Position numbers and translations under genes: made by a program
The notes under the pieces: generated by a model
The model's database searches: none
What the model was told of the DNA's origin: nothing
Seen by the model: the letters and a program-made list of their open reading frames with translations, nothing else
In this document: positions 51,701-59,420 of the stretch, one piece after another
How positions within the stretch are numbered: the first letter of the stretch is position 1
How the letters are laid out: every line of letters starts with the position of its first letter
Origin: Phoronis australis
Taxonomy: Eukaryota; Animalia; Phoronida
DNA: 59,420 bases
Assembly: GCA_002633005.1 (NCBI GenBank)
Contig: NMRA01000688.1
Location: forward strand, 131,104-190,523
Reading direction: 5' to 3'

Positions 51701-52504
51701 TACACCAAACAAGCAGCTGAATGAAACTATCGTTAAACAACAATCATATACGCTCTGAACTTAGCTAGTAGATACACACGAGTACAACATGCTATGTCAT
51801 AATACTCAGAACTTACAACAGTTTGGCCGACAGTCTGTGCTTAAATATAAAAGTTCCAGCATCCGAGGAAAACACATGACTCGTTACAGATCTTGTCAAC
51901 GAGTGCCGCTATACACGAGAAACGCTAGTCACCAAAAACCCGCGTAACGTACAGAGGCTAATACGTAATAATAGCCGGCCGGTCAAGCTACTATTCGTCT
52001 ATGCAAATGCTACCGTAACCACTGGAAAGAACTGGCTTACTCAAAAAAAAAAAACAAATCACACCGGCGAAAGAGGTATACTGCGACCTATAACGAAAAT
52101 AAACAGCGTGATAAGTAAATGAAACACAAGAACCAATGACAATAATGATACACGGCATCATCAACCAGCGGGTTTAAGTCTAAAAACCTGGTTTTGTTAA
52201 ACCACTTTATGAAATCGGCTGTTAAGAGTCGAAATTAGAAGTGGTCAAATGTCTCTTATTAGGCTATGTTTAAAATCATAATAATATGTTTTTCTCTTTG
52301 TAAATAATAACTAGTGTTATTGTAATAGTACAATGCTTACATCAGTTAAGTCTTCTTTTCTTCACAGGAGTCGGCGATGACGTCAGCAAGGATGAGCTCG
52401 ATCAGGTAGCCAGCACCAAGGACATGTCTTTCTGGGTTAAAGATTACGACGAACTGTGGACTCTACGGGAAGATATTATTTGGAAATTTGTCTGTTCCGA
52501 ATAG
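33682..52504 (+). CDS. Gene B: secreted double-VWA-domain protein (~401 aa), tandem paralog of gene A, 9 coding exons
   Basis: join(33682-33708,38860-38893,39959-40201,40829-41022,41350-41494,42875-43014,48324-48460,49212-49360,52368-52504) = 1206 nt, open, same intron phases as gene A. Signal peptide MESFVWLSMIVILTQA. Confidence 0.9.
34658..35251. mobile_element. 594-bp MITE with 20-bp TIR and 9-bp TSD (Mutator-like), inserted in LINE ORF1
   Basis: Perfect TIR ctcgctggttccctgcgtgc / gcacgcagggaaccagcgag. TSD AAAGGAAAC at 34649-34657 and 35252-35260. Confidence 0.88.
35433..37658. repeat. ~1.12-kb direct tandem duplication within the LINE, joined at a single N
   Basis: Copies start at 35433 and 36549 and differ by scattered SNPs and indels. 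N at 36546. Confidence 0.9.
38860..38893 (+). CDS. Gene B coding exon 2 (34-nt microexon IVILTQANAIE)
   Basis: ttcttgtag| ... |gtaagt. Confidence 0.8.
39959..40201 (+). CDS. Gene B coding exon 3 (VWA1, DxSxS)
   Basis: CPGEPADIVFVVDESNSIYIKDFEKQ...; 243 nt, same as gene A. Confidence 0.92.
40604..40633. repeat. (GTT)n microsatellite
   Basis: Directly visible. Confidence 0.85.
40829..41022 (+). CDS. Gene B coding exon 4
   Basis: GTSTNTHLALAKAREML...VILMTDG...VYAIGIGR; |gtgagt. Confidence 0.92.
41350..41494 (+). CDS. Gene B coding exon 5
   Basis: DKINMHEINMIASDPDSSHAYVADNFGELGDKLKDQLLASTCPTVPPP; |gtaagg. Confidence 0.88.
42449..42732. repeat. (CAT/CAC/CGT)n microsatellite
   Basis: Directly visible. 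Intronic. Confidence 0.95.
42875..43014 (+). CDS. Gene B coding exon 6 (VWA2 start)
   Basis: CQDDKVDLAFVMGSINQNPDGARKAMELV...NDVQ. Confidence 0.9.
43491..43694. mobile_element. Decayed CAGTGGCGGAT-type MITE
   Basis: Right end cgtaaatccgccactg resembles 4125-4140. Left end is degenerate. Confidence 0.5.
44181..46740 (-). mobile_element. Academ-type DNA transposon deletion derivative in an intron of gene B
   Basis: Long inverted subterminal repeats (44181-44420 vs 46310-46700) with GGCGGCCATCTTGG motifs and a terminus ...CCTGACTA. Coding remnants YEF..TPR..FA..G..L, HEKADVLLIH, ALPAFHAFT, PPTIGALKQHVLR...QA.VW and APEAIIEMVRCQCK (44700-46100). Confidence 0.8.
47706..47958. mobile_element. Small non-autonomous element with an internal 4 x 21-bp tandem array
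   Basis: Inverted ends tacgg...acggcatggcaact / agttgccgtgccgtaccgta. Units aactctatcgatag..... at 47755, 47776, 47797 and 47818. Confidence 0.6.
48324..48460 (+). CDS. Gene B coding exon 7
   Basis: VAMVPTVLGFSGFKLNEYHDKPSLLFHLE...TTADILDVM; |gtaaga. Confidence 0.88.
49212..49360 (+). CDS. Gene B coding exon 8
   Basis: DQTYVEENGARKDARKVSVVILDKAS...GIKVVCI. Confidence 0.9.
50525..50684. mobile_element. CAGGGG.GGATCCAGG-type MITE nested in the previous element
   Basis: Ends caggggaggatcca / tggatccgcata. Confidence 0.5.
51262..52163 (-). mobile_element. Solo LTR (902 bp)
   Basis: TG...CA ends flanked by a 5-bp TSD ACCAG (51257-51261 and 52164-52168). Minus-strand AATAAA ~45 nt from its 3' end. 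Confidence 0.75.
52368..52504 (+). CDS. Gene B last coding exon
   Basis: GVGDDVSKDELDQVASTKDMSFWVKDYDELWTLREDIIWKFVCSE*. Confidence 0.92.
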
Positions 52505-52545
52505 CGCAAAGTCGACAACTTGTGAAGGAATGCGGCACTACCGAC

Positions 52546-52551
52546 AATAAA
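52546..52551 (+). terminator. Putative polyadenylation signal of gene B
   Basis: AATAAA ~40 nt after the stop codon. Confidence 0.5.
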
Positions 52552-52792
52552 TGCTTGTGCTCAATGTCTTCGGTAGCACAGATTTCACGCCACGTAGTTT
52601 TACAAACAAACGGCAAAAACTTCCAGTCTCGACAAGTTTCATTGCTTTTATTATGCCCGCATCATACCCCAAATGGCACCTAAAGTCCGCTCAGGGACGT
52701 CTACTACAATCGTCTACTCGTTTTGTTTTCACTTCCACGTTTCACGACAAATTTGTCCTCTGAGCCGTTGAGATGAAAAGTAATGTCACCTG

Positions 52793-53187
52793 GGCCCGGT
52801 CATTGTACTCGAAACGAACTCGAAATTATTTTTGGCAATTTCTCTGCTCTTTTTGTGCGAACATAAAGATAATTGGTTATCAGACTGTGCTCGAATACAG
52901 TATAGTTTATGCATAGGAGTTTCTAGTTCAAGTTTGCCCTTGAAGACCCTTATATTCGTGCTACAAACTCGAGCAAAAACTCGAAATTTCGAGTTCAAAG
53001 TCAAACTTATTGCTTTAATATTGGGTTTACAAACTGTGAACTAAGGGCAATAAATTATCTACGTAAGTTAGTGTGTACTCGAGCATAGAATAATAGACAC
53101 TTATCTTGTGTTCGCCCAAAAGTAGAGCAGAAAATGCCAAACCTAATTTCGAGTTCCATTTCGAGTAAAAAGATTGGAGACCGGGCC
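52793..53187. mobile_element. PIF/Harbinger-type MITE
   Basis: TIR ggcccggtc / gaccgggcc, inner inverted tactcgaaa..aactcgaaatta, and a 3-bp TSD CTG on both sides. Confidence 0.8.
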
Positions 53188-54650
53188 CTGGTCTAGCAAC
53201 ATCACATCACAATGGAAAACGTATTGTGGTTTAGCCAATCAGAGGACTGAATTATCAGTGGCCGGTAGCAAAGTATCTAATATCGTAACGACTCCAGTCA
53301 AAATGGCAGCTATATATTAGCTGGTCATGCTGTAAACGATACGCGAATGACAGGCGAGCAAGTTGTTATTTAAGGATTGAAGAATTGAAATTTAGTATGT
53401 AGTTTTGCTTTGGTGTTTCCTTCAAAGAACTTGCCCAGGCCTTATCGACTGCTGGTGGAAAGACAGGACCAAGACAATGGAGTGTCGAGAAACAGGAAGG
53501 ACATGGTTGTAATAGGAGACAGGTCATTTCTTCATTTTGCGATCTCAGATTGCGTCACCGAGTGCGTGTGTCAAACAGGTAGATAAGATTAAAATACTCA
53601 TTCTGCCGTCACATTGCTAAAGAGGTCCGCCTGCTCGATAAACTGGAACATCAAAATTTCATGTAAATACATATTCACCTCCTGCAAATGTACGGTTCAA
53701 CCCTCACTCTACGTCGACATCGTTGGTGTACACTGCAAGTTAAAAGGGTGCTACATTCGTCATAGATACTCCATACTATAGTTACAACTCTGTTTTTCCA
53801 TTTCTCGCCATTCTTTAACATTTTGTGTTCACCCTTTCCATCGAAGGTCCATCCTTCCTTTTGGCAGTAAGATTCACATTGTGTAAAAAGCCTGGTTTTT
53901 ACTATAAAATATGAAGGACAAGATATTTTCGGAAGATTCTGGAAATCTGGGTCCGGTTGGAAAAAGTTATAAGCTGGAGAATAACAAAGACGTCGCAAAA
54001 GGAAAGGTCTGACGATACCACAAAACAAATCTGACTATAGATATGTTGGTCTTGTGACATGATTGATTTATTACAAAAATATTCAATTTAAACTAAACAA
54101 GCTTCAAACACAGTATGCCATGAAAGCCAACTAAACTTTCAGAAACACCTTGATGTTAGTTATCACTCATTTCCTGTTCAAGAATCCTATTAGTTTCAAC
54201 TCAGTGGCCAGTGACCACCAAAATTAGCTTTGCAATGCTGCTTATTCACAGTTACATGATTGAAGATATTGTCAAACAAAAGTTCTCAAACATTTATTAG
54301 ATACAGATCCTGAAAAGTAACTTTTTAACTACTCAAACATACTTTGATAAATTTATTTCATAAACAATCTTTTGAAATGTTGCACACTACAATCTACATG
54401 CCTCTCAAGTAAAAATACAGACATGCTATTATTTCTGGACTCCTCCATAAATAAGAATCACAAGATACTTAGCACACGTGAAATGCTAATAACAAATAAC
54501 ACTAAAAGTCTACAGCTGTTGCTGTAATAGAATGCTACACATTTAATATTAAAACCATGGGTGTCAACAAAAGTACTACTACAGTAGTGGACGTAAACTA
54601 AAATACACACATAATATAAGTTCTCTAGTCTTCTGTCTCACTCATAACTT

Positions 54651-55044
54651 AGTGTCATCCACACATGACTTACCCTAGAACAAGTTACTCCTAGTACTCG
54701 CTAGGTTTGAGTGTGGACGCTATTTAAACTAGTGCAACTTGCTCAACTTGAGATAACTTACTCTGCATTATCGAGGTGGGGCAACTTGTTCTAGGGTAAC
54801 TTACGCCACTTCTAATAGCTGTGGGGCCGCAAAAGTGGGGTAGGGCGGAATTATCAGCTGTAGTTACATACAAACCGGTCTTCTTTAGTGCGCCGTATTC
54901 GTATCAGTTATTCATTCTCATTCACAGAACGACAACTTCTGCCTAGCGTTAGTTATTGAATGTGCGCGTGGACGCTCCACTAAAAGTGGGGCAAGTTGCT
55001 CCAGTGTATGTTGTTTTAGGGCAAGTCTGTGTGTGGACCGAACT
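54651..55044. mobile_element. MITE (Harbinger-like, ..TCCACAC termini)
   Basis: tccacacatgacttaccctagaacaa is inverted with ttgttttagggcaagtctgtgtgtgga. Internal gcaacttg/gcaagttg subrepeats. Confidence 0.65.
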
Positions 55045-55880
55045 TTGGCAATGTGTTCACAGAGAATTCTAACAAGTGCAATGCAGAGTTGAAATGCGCC
55101 CACGACTACACTGTAAACGGTATGCTAGGGATGATTGTTATCATCATAAAATGGACACTAGGTGATACAGAATATGACAAACATATTGCAAAAATGAAAA
55201 TCTGTCAAGGAACTCTGAAGATGCAATGGCAAATGTAAAAAATAAAAGTGCCACTATAACAAACCTACCAATTTCACAAAGATCCTCCAAGGTGGTTTAG
55301 AGATACAGCAGTGTACGCTGGACAGAGATGGCAAATATGCCACCACAGGTGAATATGTGAGTGAATAGAAAGAAACCATACAGAGATTTCCATGATAGCA
55401 AGTAGCAGCATATGTTGATAAAAACAACAATGGATTTAAACTGGCTTGACAAGTTTCAGCGCTTATTAACACCATCATCAGAAGCAAAAGCAGTGGTCAC
55501 CTTGCCAGCCAGGCCCAACAACAAGTAATGACACACAGACAGTCAGTTACCAAGAAGTATACAGTAGACTAGACTAACAATGACAACCTGTGGTGTGCCA
55601 GTTGCTCATTGAGACTGGGCAGAGCCTCACAAATTTTCAGCTACCTTGTTGTTTCTGCTTGGTCTATTATAACAAATACCTTGAAAGAACATTGCTCATG
55701 TGAATGGAGCTCTGCAGATGAGTATTAATATGTGAGCCTCTGTCACAATTTAAATGTTCCCTTGTCTGGGTTTTCAAATGGTGAATTGTTTCCAATTTTG
55801 GTGACTATGATAATAATAGGTTTTGTTGTCCTGAAACAGTATTTTTATGGTTTCTTCACACAAGTGTAAATGTATGGACT

Positions 55881-55925
55881 CCTATGCCTTCTCACCCTTG
55901 ACCTATGCCTTCTCACCCTTGACCT
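55881..55925. repeat. 21-bp tandem duplication at the end of the zinc-finger array
   Basis: cctatgccttctcacccttga x2. Confidence 0.9.
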
Positions 55926-56896
55926 TGTGTATACTCATGTGTTTATCCAGATGGCTGCCCTGTGCAAATGCTTTATCACAAACGCTACATGAAAAGGGCC
56001 TCTCTCATGTATGACATCTCATGTGTCTGGTCAGATTAGCTCTCTGGGTAAACGTTTTGCCACAAGTGTTACATTCATAAGGTTTAGAACCACTATGAAT
56101 CTGGACATGTCTGAACAGAGTACTGTAATTATTAAATGCCTTACTACACTCAGGACACTTGTGTGGCCTTTGCCCTGAATGCACATTGATGTGTGCATTA
56201 AGGCTACTCTTCTGAGTAAAGCCCTTCTGGCAAGCAGTGCACTTGTTGATGGCCTCTCACCAGTGTGGACTCGCAAGTGCTCATTCAGTTGACAGTTCTG
56301 GATGAACCACTTGTTACAAACACCACACCCATATGGCTTAACCTGTGAATGGATTCTCATATGAGTAACAAGGCTACTATTCTGCGTAAACTCCTTGCTA
56401 CAAACTGAACAGTAATATACCTTTTTCTTGTTATTTTTTTCATATGAAAAGAAAGTTCACTATGTTGAATAAACGACTTTTTACAAATGGAACACTTGTA
56501 TGAACTGTCACTGGTATGCATTTCCACGTGCCTACGCAAGTTGCCATCTCGTGCGAAATTTTTATGACACACATTGCATTGGAAAGACCTGTCAGTGCAT
56601 TGTTTCTGGCGTTTGTGTTTGGACAGTTCCTTCTGTGATGCATATTCAGAGGCACAGATGGCACACTTGTATGGCATCTTTCCAGTATGAGCCTTCATGT
56701 GCTTCACACAGGCACTCGTGTTTGTGAAAGACATTTCACACATAGTACACATGTACCGGATAGAATAGGAGGGCAGTGCAGAGTCGAGGGTCTTTGTTGG
56801 TTTTTTGGAAACACCCTTGTTTCCCTGGAGTGTTGCTCTCACCATTACAAGGACGTGGGTTGGTGTCGGATATCTTTTCTGTCTCCATCTCTGGCA
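55903..56896 (-). pseudogene. C2H2 zinc-finger array gene (10 fingers), disrupted
   Basis: Ten CxxC..H..H/C units with TGERP-like linkers. Lesions: 1-nt deletion at ~56434, 2-nt insertion at ~56246 and TGA in a T*ERP linker at 56005-56007. Acceptor ttctcag| before 56896. Confidence 0.85.
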
Positions 56897-58339
56897 CTGA
56901 GAACAAAGTAATTATATTAGGCAGTTACTGCAGTGAAAATAAAATGAGACAATATAATTGTGTTACCGGTGCCAAATTTTATTCTACTGTCGGACCAACA
57001 GAGGCGACGGTCATTGTCTAGGATAATATGGGCCGCCCCCTCCCTGTCCTTGACAAAGAACTGTAACAGTATAGTACAGTTCGAAACGTTCGAACTTCTA
57101 TATCCCCGGTCTTTGAGTAAGTTAATTTTACTTATAAACAGAAAAAACGTTGTCCTCCCTACACTACGCCGGAGTCTAGACTAGTAGTGGACTAGTGCGA
57201 TGGACGCCAAGTCCGTGAACATGTGACTTGCTTCGGTCTCCTGAACAACCTAAATAAGGACAATCTGGTGGTGATTTACATCAGAAATTTTATCTGCGGC
57301 TTCAATACTTCACTGCATTACAATCATTGACAAAAACAAACGAGTAACATCCCAAATACCTCAAGAACAATGAAGAAGTCCTCAATCCGTTAACTTTTGC
57401 GCAGGCTCACAATGCCGCTCTCATCACATCCGCGCAAGCCTGACGCTTATGTCAACTAAAAACAACATTCGTGACACAGTAATGCAAACAAACAAAGGGT
57501 TACGTTCCTGTATTAACTATACTATTTTTGTCAAAGAAACTGAGGGCTAGATGCACGCAAAAGTTTTAGTATACGCAATTGACGTGCGGGGTGGTGCATA
57601 ATAGTTTCTCCGGACGCTCACATATCGTGTTAGGCAATTATTACATCGCCCTGGATGCCGCAGGGGGGACGATAGTAGCTTACATCCCCACAAAAAGTTA
57701 CTCATTTCAAAATACAGCAAATAAAATCAAATGAACCATATATATATAGGAACACGGAGTTATAATCAACACACACCATGACCCTGGGTACGATTTAGTT
57801 AGAAAAAATTGAACAAATCGATGGAAATCTGTCGCGGTTGTTGCTCGACTTTCTCGGCTACCGGGTGCCATTTTGAGGAAGTTACGTGAAATCACGCATG
57901 TTGACGAATAAAAAGTCCAAAGGACATAAATCTTACAAATTTCACCTGATACCTTCACATGCTATTTTGCAAGTGTCACGCGCTAGCGTCACGCGCTTCG
58001 CTCAGTCTCGGCGCGAGCCTTTGCCTAATTTACTCACATGACCCAGACATACTTGTGGTCAACGGCGCGCGTGGTGAAAAGTCATAACGGCAACAGAGAC
58101 CGTAGAGAGGGAGACGTTTCACCTAGCGAAATCCTATTGGCCGGCCACTGGCGGCCATTGTTGTTCCATGGACCGTAGAGACGTCTAGCGGGTGTGTGTG
58201 GGAAAAAAGGAATATGGCTGATACTCGTGGTCAGTGGTCACAGAGACAAGATATTTTATCTGATCACGTAGTTCATATAGATTTCCCATAGTTAATACCT
58301 CTGTGGGTAGTGCTGTGTCAAGTAACTTCAAAACAAGAT

Positions 58340-58895
58340 ATGCCGGCTGCAGTCCCTAAAAAGAGGATCAGAGGAGCTTTTTGCGCTGCAGAAAAACGGG
58401 GACTTGCACTCCCCACTGATAAAGGCAGGTGATACAAAGAATTCTTTTTGTGAAAATGCTGCCTGTCAACCATTGATGTTGGCAGAGTGATTTGAACTTG
58501 TCTTACCTTTAAGTTTCAAAGTTTTATTTGATTACTCAAAGCAAAATTGTGGTAATCCGTTACATATGGCCGGGATGATGGGTACTACTACTAAGTACTT
58601 GATTTTAGAGCCAGTTACACCCAATGAATTACGCCCGTTATTCAGTGATAGTAACTGATTTTCAAATGAATTTTGGGTGAGGGACCCACCTATCAAACTA
58701 TAACCGAAATTGTCCTGCATGTGTTTCAAGACTTAGGGTCTACTGATAACTTGTGTTTCTATTCTATGATTGGATCTAAACTGTAATTTCTTTCACTTCT
58801 TCAATTCACTTCAGTGTTTATACATTCAGATCCAAGAGATAAGTGATAAACAGCAAGTGTGAAGACCTGCTAAGGAAAAATGCTGTGATGTTAAC
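58340..58895 (+). pseudogene. Spliced, decayed THAP domain (P-element/THAP9 or THAP12-like)
   Basis: Exon 58340-58428 MPAAVPKKRIRGAFCAA..LPTDKGR joins in phase 2 to an exon from 58830, SKR*VINSKCEDLLRKN (cf. W+.N.RR.DL..K). Possible element end CAGAGACCGTAGAG at 58094. Confidence 0.55.
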
Positions 58896-58906
58896 TTGTT
58901 CCAGTA

Positions 58907-59052
58907 CAGTGCTGTAGTGGTAAAATTAGAGGTAAGTAGGCGCCTAAAGCCCACCGTATCACATTGAGCACTGAACGTAACTTACGGTGCGTAGGCGCTA
59001 CTTTCAAATGCCAAAAGGTGGTTGGCTGTGCCTACGCCCCACTACAGCACTG
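58907..59052. mobile_element. 146-bp hAT-type MITE
   Basis: 14-bp TIR cagtgctgtagtgg / ccactacagcactg. 8-bp TSD ttccagta / gtccagta (7/8). Confidence 0.85.
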
Positions 59053-59420
59053 GTCCAGTAGATTAGTATGGGTTTAGTTAGGTCTTTACTGTGATGGGCA
59101 TTCATTATACTTTGAAGGACCTATAGTCCGAAGGGTCATTACTTGAAAAATATATCAATCAGGTGTTATTCCAAAGCAACATTACTCCGAAGGGTTATTA
59201 CTTAGCTGCAATAATGGGAAAGAGTGAGTGACGCTGCATAGAGAATGTTGCTGATGCCACATATTTTACCTTCATGTTGTATTTGTTATAATATAAATGA
59301 TATTTTTCCAGCCAATAGATCACAGCTACGCCACGAGTGAGCCCAGTGAAACACCCCCATCTGCTGAGCAGCATGCAGTGCTGCTTTAGTAAAGCTCTTA
59401 GGTGAGGTAATAGGACATAA

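Larger units (their letters stand above)
50086..52220. mobile_element. Harbinger-type MITE with AAACCWGGTTT subrepeats, expanded by nested insertions
   Basis: atttcataaagtggtttaac (~50172) is inverted with gttaaaccactttatgaaat (~52197). Many aaacc(a/t)ggttt palindromes. Confidence 0.6.

Noticed and set aside
53675-54028. 117-aa minus-strand ORF
   Set aside because: No recognisable domain, non-ATG start and no convincing exon partners.

Overview
AT-rich, intron-rich animal genomic DNA, most likely a marine invertebrate such as a mollusc (inferred from repeat and protein types). It contains a 523-N gap and two single-N junctions. The core is a head-to-tail pair of paralogous genes that the ORF track shows only in fragments. 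I rebuilt each by hand from 9 coding exons with consistent splice phases. Both encode a ~400-aa secreted protein: a signal peptide plus two Cys-bracketed VWA domains, the first with an intact MIDAS and the second degenerate. Paralog A appears to use a GC donor where paralog B uses GT. One exon looks homogenised by gene conversion, and the promoter/5'UTR is still alignable between the copies. A 10-finger C2H2 zinc-finger pseudogene lies on the minus strand at the 3' end. The rest is mostly decayed transposons: a long foldback element, Penelope-like and Gypsy remnants, a LINE split by a 9-bp-TSD MITE, an Academ derivative, a solo LTR, Harbinger- and hAT-type MITEs, a tRNA-derived SINE and four decayed THAP domains. 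No rRNA, functional tRNA or CRISPR array is present. Family assignments rest on motif recognition, not database searches.
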